Below, one piece after another: positions 8,522-15,896 of a DNA stretch of 20,000 bases. Made by a program: the position numbers and the translations under genes. The stretch is from an uncultured virus (IMG/VR IMGVR_UViG_3300048883_000321) (taxonomy: Duplodnaviria; Heunggongvirae; Uroviricota; Caudoviricetes), in the IMG/VR virus record IMGVR_UViG_3300048883_000321; one strand, 5' to 3'. The notes under the pieces were generated by a model that made no database searches, was not told where the DNA came from, and was given only the letters and a program-made list of their open reading frames with translations. Each line of letters opens with the position of its first letter. The stretch's first letter is position 1.

Positions 8522-8601
8522 TGTGACGGATGTCACATGTGACAAATGACCGCTGTGACACATGACCGGTGTGACAAATGACCGCTGTGACGTATGGCAC
8601 A
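8522..8601 (+). repeat. Five tandem 16-bp units each starting TGTGAC
   Basis: TGTGACGGATGTCACA TGTGACAAATGACCGC TGTGACACATGACCGG TGTGACAAATGACCGC TGTGACGTATGGCACA. Confidence 0.9.
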
Positions 8602-8696
8602 TGGATTCGCCCGGCCACCTCCGGCTATCTCCGGCGGGAATCTCGCGGGTGGTTTGGTGGGGGAGGGTGACCGCTCACGGCCACCCTCCCGAACTG

Positions 8697-9083
8697 CTAG
8701 ATAACCTCGATTTCTATCGCGGTTGGTTGGTTTTCAATGTCGGCGAAGTAGCCGATAAGGTCGGTAGCGGTGTTGACCGTGACCGAGCGGACGATTTCCG
8801 CTTTGCCCATAGCGTCGCTGTAGGTGTTCTTGCGACCTGCGGGGCGTATCCATGACACGCTGTACCGGTCGGCACCTATGCGGGTGATGGATGCGAAGCA
8901 GACAGCGCCTGCGAAGAAAGAGAACCACGAACCTTGACGGTTATGGTTGACGGGGCGAACTACTTTCTCGCCGAGCCCTTTAGACAGTTGGTCAAGACTC
9001 GCTATTAGCGAAGCACGTTGACCGGCTGCTTTCATGGGCTTGCCGTCGCTCTTCCTTTCTTTGTTGTGGGTGAGTGTTGCCAT
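8697..9083 (-). CDS. Hypothetical protein (128 aa), paralogue of 6447-6827
   Basis: AGGAGG RBS before MATLT. Collinear similarity to 6447-6827. Confidence 0.85.
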   Translation of the reverse strand: MATLTHNKERKSDGKPMKAAGQRASLIASLDQLSKGLGEKVVRPVNHNRQGSWFSFFAGAVCFASITRIGADRYSVSWIRPAGRKNTYSDAMGKAEIVRSVTVNTATDLIGYFADIENQPTAIEIEVI

Positions 9084-9238
9084 GGGTGAACCTCCTAGGT
9101 TCGGGTTCAAGGTGTTTCCTTGATAAATACCATGCTAGAGGTTGCGTACCCAAAAATGACAGATTGTGACGGATGCCACACAACAATCTTAGAGTGGTCA
9201 AGCCACCACTTAGAGCGCACAAAAAAACGCTCATTTCT

Positions 9239-9341
9239 GAAGCCACCATTTGCCCCATGTGGCGTTTCTAGGTCACCGGTGGGGGATAGGGTCATTATAG
9301 GGGTCAAAGCCCACAGCGGGCTTGTGTGTGGCTGTGAGGGG
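9239..9341 (+). repeat. ~90-100-bp periodic element, copy E
   Basis: GAAGCCACCATTTGC...GGCGTTTCTAGG...GGCTGTGAGGGGAAA. Confidence 0.7.
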
Positions 9342-9379
9342 AAACGCTGGGAGTGGTTAGAAGAACGCTCTAAGCGAAG

Positions 9380-9408
9380 CGAACAGGTGTTCGCCGAACG
9401 TGTGTTCG
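9380..9408. promoter_or_regulatory. Two adjacent LexA-type boxes
   Basis: CGAACAGGTGTTCG-C-CGAACGTGTGTTCG, both perfect CGAAC-N4-GTTCG. Confidence 0.65.
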
Positions 9409-9649
9409 AGCCCAAAAAACGCCTCCGGTACTCCCGGTTGCATTGGCGGGGGGATTCTGGCGTGTGAATCCTCCGGTGGCCCCTCCGGTGGCCCTCCCGG
9501 TTTATGTTACGACTTTACACGTGTGAATCTGCCCCCGGGTGTGGTGTGTCAGATGTCACAAAGAAAACTTTGGGGGAGGTTGGTTCTTGGGAGTTTGGGG
9601 TGTATGCTTACGGCTGTAAGGCAAGTCAACCAACTACGAAAGAGAAAAC

Positions 9650-9856
9650 ATGAAACTGATTCAAGTTCAAGACGGGAGCCAAATGCTTTTGGTTCATCTG
9701 ATTCATTGCGCTGCCGACGCAACCAACAGCACAGAGCGGGAACTGACAACGGTAACCATGTCATGCGCCATGCTTGAACGTTTGGTTCGGGATGCTCAAG
9801 AAGCCGCCGGAGAGTTTCGGAGTGGTGAACATTGGGCGAGATTAGCCTCCCGCTAG
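9650..9856 (+). CDS. Hypothetical protein (68 aa)
   Basis: GAAAGAG RBS, box 9545-9560, TTGGTT-17-TATGCT, UUCG hairpin at 9863-9886. Confidence 0.8.
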   Translation: MKLIQVQDGSQMLLVHLIHCAADATNSTERELTTVTMSCAMLERLVRDAQEAAGEFRSGEHWARLASR

Positions 9857-10076
9857 CGGGCAGGGGTTGGCCTTCGGGTCAGCCCCACCCCCCCCGGGTC
9901 TCAAGCAGACCTCTCCCGGGACGGCCCCCGGTTTACTTTACGGCTTTACAGGTGTGAATCTGAGCCCCCGGTTGCAGCGGGGTTTTTATCGGGGCGTGTG
10001 AAAATGGGGGCCACAGGTGTAAGCAAGACCTGTGACCCCCGGCCACCGGCCCCAAAGTGAGGGGAGGGGCGGTGGT

Positions 10077-10114
10077 TCCCGGAGGGCGAAGGAGGTTCAA
10101 AAAACCCTCCGGGA
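10077..10114 (-). ncRNA. 3'-UTR hairpin with anti-SD loop (ACCUCCUUC)
   Basis: Minus strand TCCCGGAGGG-TTTTTTGAACCTCCTTCG-CCCTCCGGGA, followed by a hairpin at ~10041-10076 with a C-rich loop. Confidence 0.55.
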
Positions 10115-10119
10115 GATTG

Positions 10120-10437
10120 TTAGCCGTATAGTAGCGTGTTCGTTTCTATTGGGTAGGGTTGGTAGCGGGCATCGGATTCTGTGGCGGATTCCATCCAGTA
10201 GCCGCAGTGTTCTTTGAAGTGGTCTCCGGTGAGGGGTTCGTCTAGCATCATGGTGAAGCAGTCGAAGTTGACCCATTCGGTGGTTACGCCGTCCGGTGTG
10301 ATGGTTTGGCCTTCTCGCCAGACGTTTATGGTTTGTTGGGTGCTGCTCCCGGTTATGGCGGTGAATCGGAACTCTGCGCCTATGCTGGTGTTGATGTGGA
10401 TGAAGTCGTAGTCGTCCGGGCTCTGTAGGTTGGTCAT
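10120..10437 (-). CDS. Hypothetical protein (105 aa)
   Basis: AGAAAG RBS and TTGGTT-17-TATAGT promoter. Confidence 0.85.
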   Translation of the reverse strand: MTNLQSPDDYDFIHINTSIGAEFRFTAITGSSTQQTINVWREGQTITPDGVTTEWVNFDCFTMMLDEPLTGDHFKEHCGYWMESATESDARYQPYPIETNTLLYG

Positions 10438-10520
10438 TTGCTTACTTCTTTCTTGTAGTTGGTGTTAGTTATACTATACAGGGTGAAGGCTGGAAAACCA
10501 ACCTCCACCCAAAGTTTTTC

Positions 10521-10802
10521 TTAGCCGACCCGGCCGAGGTTAATGTCGGTTTCAAGGCGGTCAAGGGAACGCTCCATGTCTACGTAAATCCCGGCGATGA
10601 CCCGAGGGTCAAAGAACTCTAGGGTGGCGTAGAGATGGTTTTCTAAATCTTCAACGCTGTCCGGTAGGTTGTTGAGGTCGTGTTGGATGTTGGCTGCCCA
10701 GTCGGAAGCCCGGACGAGGTCTCTAATACATTCCTCATCTTCTCCGGTGCCGAACAGTTCGGCCAGCACTCGGCTTGGGTCTATTGCTAGTTTGTAGGTC
10801 AT
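10521..10802 (-). CDS. Hypothetical acidic protein (93 aa)
   Basis: AGAAGGA RBS and TTGGTA-16-TATAAT promoter. Confidence 0.85.
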   Translation of the reverse strand: MTYKLAIDPSRVLAELFGTGEDEECIRDLVRASDWAANIQHDLNNLPDSVEDLENHLYATLEFFDPRVIAGIYVDMERSLDRLETDINLGRVG

Positions 10803-10882
10803 GTTTCCTTCTTTCTTGTAGTTGGTTGTATTGTCTATTATAGGGGTATGTCAGGGAATACCAACCCCGAAACCAAAGTTTC

Positions 10883-11032
10883 TTAGGAATGTTTTCCTCG
10901 GCATCCCCGGCGGGCTTTTTCCTTCCTCCGGTCTGTATAGGTGCTAGCCCGGACTTTGCGCCCATCGCGGAGAGCGTCAAGGTATGCGTCCCGGCTTAGG
11001 GTTTTGATGGTGGTTTTCGCTCGTTTGGTCAT
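10883..11032 (-). CDS. Small basic protein (49 aa, MTKRAKTTIKTLSRDAYLDALRDGRKVRASTYTDRRKEKARRGCRGKHS), apparently leaderless
   Basis: Not in the ORF track. TATACT at 11040-11045 ends 7 nt before the ATG. No RBS. Box at 11068-11083. Confidence 0.7.
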   Translation of the reverse strand: MTKRAKTTIKTLSRDAYLDALRDGRKVRASTYTDRRKEKARRGCRGKHS

Positions 11033-11098
11033 AAGGTTGAGTATAGCAGCACTAGCCGAAAAGCGTGGGTGGCATGCGTCACACCCCCCCCGGTGGGG

Positions 11099-11998
11099 CT
11101 AGCCCGCCACCAACACCTCCGGGAGAGCAGCAGCCTCTTTCAGAATAAAGTTCACAGCCTTGGAAGCCTGTCCGGCGGCATCCCATACGAACTTGTTATC
11201 ATTGTTCAAGGCTTTAAGCCAAGAAGCGATGTATTCGCAATGGTCCGGCCGAGGGTCAGTTTCGACACCTAAACGATTGGCGAGAAACACCGCGCCCAGT
11301 TCAGCGACCAGTTCCTCAAAAGCGTACCCGGCCCGACCATCGTTATCTTTCTTACGGTCAGCCCGGTTCGCTGGCTTCGTCCAATGAGTGAACTCATGAG
11401 CCACGGTACCGAACCATCCGGCGGGAGAATCAAACTGGACATCTTCAGGTGTGGAAATGTAGTCTCCACTAGGGCTGTAGAACGCCCGGTCAGATGGTAC
11501 TTCTCGCCAGTCGGCACCTAAAGTTTGGAACCACTCCCGGTAGACCTGTACGTCCATGTCAGGTGAGATTATAGGTTGCTCGTACTCCGGTGCGTCGTCT
11601 ACTTGGCTAGCGTGAAACACGTTGTAGGCGCGGGCCATCATGCGTCGGGAGGATGCCCCGGCGTGGCGTGGGCATGGCTTGGATGCCCACTTGTTACAGG
11701 TACCGCAAACGTAGGACGAACCCCAGAAGAGGATAGATGTCCCGGTTTCGCCTTTTTTGACTTGTGCGCCTAGTTTGACCCAACCTTTATAGGTTGACCA
11801 GCGCGGGTCGGCTGGGTCCGGTGACATGATGGCTAGGGTCATCATGTTGCCACCAGAGTAGATTGTCCCGGTCTGCGGGTTGTGGGGCATTCCTGAAACG
11901 CCTTGCCATGGTTGTGTCCATTCGCCCGGCGTGTTGGTTAGCGCGTCTATGACGCTTTGGGTTAGTTTGGTTTGTATTGCTTCGGTTTTTTCGCTCAT
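11099..11998 (-). CDS. ardC: ArdC-family ssDNA-binding antirestriction protein (DUF1738 N-domain plus zincin-like MPTase domain)
   Basis: WxxPW, PxNxxTGxxYxGxN, RWxTYxxWxxLGAQVKKGE, YNVF, AFYSPxxDYI, HEFTHW, YAFEELVAELGA and YIASWLKAL motifs. Confidence 0.92.
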   Translation of the reverse strand: MSEKTEAIQTKLTQSVIDALTNTPGEWTQPWQGVSGMPHNPQTGTIYSGGNMMTLAIMSPDPADPRWSTYKGWVKLGAQVKKGETGTSILFWGSSYVCGTCNKWASKPCPRHAGASSRRMMARAYNVFHASQVDDAPEYEQPIISPDMDVQVYREWFQTLGADWREVPSDRAFYSPSGDYISTPEDVQFDSPAGWFGTVAHEFTHWTKPANRADRKKDNDGRAGYAFEELVAELGAVFLANRLGVETDPRPDHCEYIASWLKALNNDNKFVWDAAGQASKAVNFILKEAAALPEVLVAG

Positions 11999-12257
11999 GT
12001 TTTTTTCTTTCTTGTAGTTGGGTGTGCCCTCATACTACAGCGTCAACTACCGATTTACTCACTTTTTGGTGTGGCATGTGTCACACCGCCCCCGGTACAG
12101 AAAAACCAGACCCACACGCCCCGGTCGAGCCCCCAACTACAAGGGCTCCCGGTTGCATCCCTTAGATGCGTTTTGCGTGTGAATCTGGCGTGTAAATACG
12201 GGCGTGTGAATCTCAGCCCGTGTAAATCTGTACCCGGTCGCCCAAAACCATTTCTGC

Positions 12258-12452
12258 TTATTTCCAAGGATTGACGATTGTTACCTCTGGACGCGCTTCC
12301 CATACGTCACCCTCTAACAGCACTTCGCGCTCCCGGTCATCGGTTTGACCCCACATTTCTTCGGCGATAGAGCGGGCTTCATCTTCTGACCCGGCTTCAA
12401 TCTCTACACATAGGGAGTAGGTGTCCACGATTTCTACATAGTATTCTGGCAT
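12258..12452 (-). CDS. Small protein with YxV...(I/V)EAxSEDEA motif (DpnD/PcfM-like), 64 aa
   Basis: Start at MPEYY, directly after the upstream stop. Motif shared with 13878-14057 and 18751-18924. Confidence 0.75.
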   Translation of the reverse strand: MPEYYVEIVDTYSLCVEIEAGSEDEARSIAEEMWGQTDDREREVLLEGDVWEARPEVTIVNPWK

Positions 12453-12454
12453 GA

Positions 12455-12859
12455 CTACGCCCTCTCGGCTTCGTACATGTTTTCGCAGACCACGCAAATG
12501 TTCCCGGCGTACTCTACATGGTCAATGCCACGGTCGAAAATGTCTAGGTCGCCGTTAGGGTCGTCCTTGATTCCGCAATGGTCACAATGAACGGTTACAG
12601 GCCACCCGGTATCGGAGTACATCATTTGGTCGTACATGGTGTCGAACTCAACGAAGAGGTCGAGGTAGGTGACTTCGCCTACGCCCGGTCGGATGTCGGT
12701 GTCGTTGTATCGGCTTGAGTTGCCGAAATCTTTAACCCATCCTTCTATGGATTGTTCTAAACCGTCAATGAGGTAGAAGCCTCCGGTTGGGGCACGGTGT
12801 AGGTCGCCCCGGTTGACGCATAGTCGGGCTTCGCTTCCTGCTCGGGATACTGGTTTCAT
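12455..12859 (-). CDS. Hypothetical protein with C-terminal CxxC...CxxC (134 aa)
   Basis: AGAAAG RBS, TTGGTT-17-TAGAGT promoter, CDHC/CVVC. Confidence 0.8.
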   Translation of the reverse strand: MKPVSRAGSEARLCVNRGDLHRAPTGGFYLIDGLEQSIEGWVKDFGNSSRYNDTDIRPGVGEVTYLDLFVEFDTMYDQMMYSDTGWPVTVHCDHCGIKDDPNGDLDIFDRGIDHVEYAGNICVVCENMYEAERA

Positions 12860-12953
12860 GGTAGTTGTCTTTCTGGTAGTTGGTTGGTTACAAGTACTAC
12901 TCTAGGGGTAAGGATAGCCAAAACCAACCTCACCCCTAAAGTTTCTCAAATAG

Positions 12954-13271
12954 TTATGCGTTCACGACCCGGTACATAGCCCGCCCATCATTAGCCCGCC
13001 ACCCGGTCGGCAACGACTCCACACGCACAACCTCAGCCCCCGGCATGTATTTACACCGGAAAGTTTCAGCCGTTTTACGGTAACGCCACACAGACGCCGT
13101 GTGAATGTCAGGTGTGAAATAGTGGCGACCAAGCGAACGGTAATACGAACCCCGGTGGGTAGCCAAATCCGACTCCCGAAGAGCCCAAACCTCAAACGCC
13201 CTGCCCACTCTGCCGCGGGGGTCAATCCGACGACGCTCATGAACCACCCATCCGGTGGCAAACTGGCTCAT
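12954..13271 (-). CDS. Hypothetical basic protein (105 aa)
   Basis: ATGA overlap with the stop of 13268-13876. Confidence 0.7.
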   Translation of the reverse strand: MSQFATGWVVHERRRIDPRGRVGRAFEVWALRESDLATHRGSYYRSLGRHYFTPDIHTASVWRYRKTAETFRCKYMPGAEVVRVESLPTGWRANDGRAMYRVVNA

Positions 13272-13876
13272 ACCTTGACCTCGTTAATGGCGCACGATAA
13301 CGCTCCCTCCGGCGACAACTCCCATTCAGGGTATTTGTCAGCAGGGTAGATTATGCTAGTAAACCCGCGGTCAAACTCTACCTGCCATTCGTCGTACCCA
13401 GATTCGTACATTGCCATTGGAGCGTCCGGTGTGTAATCGGTTTGGAGAGCCCGTACCGCACCATTAACAAAAACCGTCCGGTGACGCCACGCTGGTTGCT
13501 CTTCAATGCTTAACGTAACGAATACGGCTTCGGGGAACATTTTGGAAATCGTTTTAATGGCGATGTCCGGTGTGTCCCAAGGGGTAGTAAATGTGAATGT
13601 GTTTGGATGGTCATGCGGGTAGGCGTGATTGTCCGGCCATTTGGTGCCCCAGTTTTTGAGAGCCCAGCCGTAACCGTCAATGGTGCCCGGTTGGCCGCCG
13701 TCGTTGAAAACAGTGAACCCGCCCTCAACTTGACGCTGCCCGGCTTCGGGGAATGGGATGAACTTGTCAATGAACGAACCGCCATCGGCGATGTGTTCGT
13801 CTATCTGTTTAGTGGCAGCAGCGACATCTTCGTCACGCCCGGTGATGTGTAGTGTGTTGTAAACGTAGTTCGGCAT
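13268..13876 (-). CDS. DUF1281/YubB ferredoxin-like family protein
   Basis: MPNxxxNxLxIxG start, WxxxNWGTKW and FxTPWxxP motifs. Confidence 0.8.
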   Translation of the reverse strand: MPNYVYNTLHITGRDEDVAAATKQIDEHIADGGSFIDKFIPFPEAGQRQVEGGFTVFNDGGQPGTIDGYGWALKNWGTKWPDNHAYPHDHPNTFTFTTPWDTPDIAIKTISKMFPEAVFVTLSIEEQPAWRHRTVFVNGAVRALQTDYTPDAPMAMYESGYDEWQVEFDRGFTSIIYPADKYPEWELSPEGALSCAINEVKV

Positions 13877-13877
13877 T

Positions 13878-14057
13878 CTAAACCTCCGTGGTTTCGGTTA
13901 CTTCAGGTTCAATGATTTCTAGCAGTGTTGCGCCATCCCAGTTGATGTCCGGTGAGAACCCTTCAACGAGGTCTCCAGCGGTTTCGGCATCCGGTGCCTC
14001 TACTCGAATCCAATAGTTTGATGTTGCTGTGAATGAAACTTCATAAGTGTTTGTCAT
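13878..14057 (-). CDS. Small YxV...VEAxDAExA motif protein (59 aa)
   Basis: AGAAAG RBS before MTNTY. Confidence 0.75.
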   Translation of the reverse strand: MTNTYEVSFTATSNYWIRVEAPDAETAGDLVEGFSPDINWDGATLLEIIEPEVTETTEV

Positions 14058-14120
14058 GTTGGTCTTTCTGGTTGGTGGGGGCATCGCCTGCGTTGGACGA
14101 TGCCCCCGGTTGGTGGTTGG

Positions 14121-14438
14121 TTAAACGCTGGTGATTCTAAGGTTTTCGACTGCCTCTTGGATTCCCCGGCGTACATCGTCGGCGACTGCTTCGGCAACAA
14201 CGTCGCCGACTTTTTCGTCAATAGCGTCGCTAAGCATGTCAGAGGTGACTAGGTCGTAGTCGTAGTCCCAAGAAATGTTGTCTAGTTGGGTGCTGACCCG
14301 GCCCTCTAGTTCGGAGTCAAGGTGGTCATTGACAAGGGTAGATACGACCTCGGTGACGCTTTCAAGCGGGTCCGGTTGTGGTAGGTAGGGGGCGATGGCT
14401 TCAGCCAAAGCCTTGAGTAGTGGGGTTAATGTGTCCAT
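14121..14438 (-). CDS. Hypothetical acidic helical protein (105 aa)
   Basis: AGAAAG RBS, TAGTAT at 14489-14494, box at 14537-14552, 5'-UTR hairpin at 14461-14483. Confidence 0.8.
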   Translation of the reverse strand: MDTLTPLLKALAEAIAPYLPQPDPLESVTEVVSTLVNDHLDSELEGRVSTQLDNISWDYDYDLVTSDMLSDAIDEKVGDVVAEAVADDVRRGIQEAVENLRITSV

Positions 14439-14564
14439 AGTTGGTTTTCTTTCTGTTAAGTAGTGGGGGAGGTTCCCCCACTAAAATCATACTATCGTGA
14501 GAATCAGGGAACCGAAACGTCTAGTTGACTTTATTATGTGTCATCCGTCACACGCCGCCCCCGG

Positions 14565-15362
14565 TTAGAACTTCTTGACAAACTCGGCCATCCCGACCGG
14601 CAGGTGCCGTGCCCGGCCCTTCGCATACAACGCCACGATGGAACCAAACGGGTCGTCGTAACGAAAATCCGTCCGGTCGCCGTTAATAACTGGCATCCCA
14701 TACCAAGTGTCGGCATACCCGGTCTCTTTATGTTCTTTAGGGAATACAACAGCGACGCTGCCCCCGGCCCGCACCTTGGCGCGGATGTCGTCTATTCCGT
14801 GGCGTTCGGTCGCCGAGAAAGTTAAACGGTATCGGCGTTGAGGGTCCCGGTCGCGGTCCCAGTTTTTGGTGTAATCGTAGGTGCGGACGTTCTCCGGTGC
14901 CTCGTAAAATAGCCACGGTGCTACATCCTCCCACGCAATGTCTGACACGATGTTAAGCCTCCGGCCGAGGATTTCGGTTTTCTTGGATGCTTTGACGGTC
15001 TCCCAATGAATCAACGACACCGCGGCGTCGGGGTCAGAGTAGAGGAAACGTGTCCGGTCTATCCCTAGTTGTTGGGCGTAGGGCATGTCTAGGCGACCGG
15101 TGTGGCGTATACAGACTGCCCGGCATTGTGGCGTGGATTGTGGGCATACGTTGTGGCCGGATAGGCGGTGAGGGCTCCCGGTGAACGAAACGGTGTGGTG
15201 TTCGTTTTTGCGTAGTTTAGCATTTGGTTCGGATAGGTATGGGGCTTTAATGGTCCGGTATCCGTTTTGTTCTCGGAATGCGTACCACGCTGCCCGGCTG
15301 TCTAGTTCTGGGACTAGGTCGGCGTGTAGTTTGGTGGGTCGGGTTATCTGTAGGTTGGTCAT
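14565..15362 (-). CDS. Phage Gp88-family protein (Cys triad, radical-SAM-like), apparently leaderless
   Basis: SGxNVCPxSTxxCxxxC, RLNxxSDIxWE, YDYTK, YxLTFS, VINGDxTDxRxxDP and IVxLxAKG motifs. TAGCAT -10 ends 6 nt before the ATG. Confidence 0.8.
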   Translation of the reverse strand: MTNLQITRPTKLHADLVPELDSRAAWYAFREQNGYRTIKAPYLSEPNAKLRKNEHHTVSFTGSPHRLSGHNVCPQSTPQCRAVCIRHTGRLDMPYAQQLGIDRTRFLYSDPDAAVSLIHWETVKASKKTEILGRRLNIVSDIAWEDVAPWLFYEAPENVRTYDYTKNWDRDRDPQRRYRLTFSATERHGIDDIRAKVRAGGSVAVVFPKEHKETGYADTWYGMPVINGDRTDFRYDDPFGSIVALYAKGRARHLPVGMAEFVKKF

Positions 15363-15575
15363 ACCTAGATGCTATCGGGTAAACCACCGGTTTACTCTAT
15401 GACATGTGTCACACCATCCCCGGTACCCCAAAACCCGCTCCGGTCCGAGGGGAGCGGCCCGGGAGCAAGGATGACCAACAAACCTGCCCCCGGACAAATC
15501 AGGGAATACAATGCCACCCAACAAGGGGCGTGTGAATCTGGGAATACAGCGGCCGGCGACTAGGCTCGTGTGAAT

Positions 15576-15896
15576 TTACGCTCGGGCGTTTTCCCACGCC
15601 ATATCCGCAAGCAACTCTGAGTAAAGCCGCGACCACGAACGTTCTACCTTGGGAAGCGTGGCTCTGTCTCGTTTCATCCCAATCCACCAGAGAACCTCCG
15701 ACCCATAGATATGAGGGATGCTTAGTGTTGAGGCCCCGGCGTTAACAGTCACCGATATTCCCCACCATTTTGGTGCGTCCCCGCAGGTTCGGCCAAACTC
15801 CCGGCCGTTAGTTAAGGGAGGTTCGTTGAAGTTAAGGTTATGTATAATCATGTCGGCGGTCATGTCGGTTATTGTTATAACGATTGGGTCGCTCAT
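15576..15896 (-). CDS. Hypothetical protein (106 aa)
   Basis: ATGA coupling and AAGGA RBS. Confidence 0.75.
   Translation of the reverse strand: MSDPIVITITDMTADMIIHNLNFNEPPLTNGREFGRTCGDAPKWWGISVTVNAGASTLSIPHIYGSEVLWWIGMKRDRATLPKVERSWSRLYSELLADMAWENARA

Noticed and set aside
6139..9467. ORFs 6139-6363 and 9120-9467 sharing KPPFAP.GVSR
   Set aside because: This is translation of the shared non-coding periodic element. There is no RBS, and 9120-9467 overlaps the promoter region of 9083.
3000..9777. Apparent peptide family MSQRN.../VNL.../RFTR... in ORFs 3000, 4752 (long form), 7687 and 9400
   Set aside because: The similarity is just the translated DNA motifs (box plus AAAGAAA, and GTGAATCT), not protein homology.
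11069..11773. Antisense and alternate-frame ORFs within ardC (and similar + strand ORFs across 13-19 kb)
   Set aside because: Shadows of well-supported minus-strand genes.
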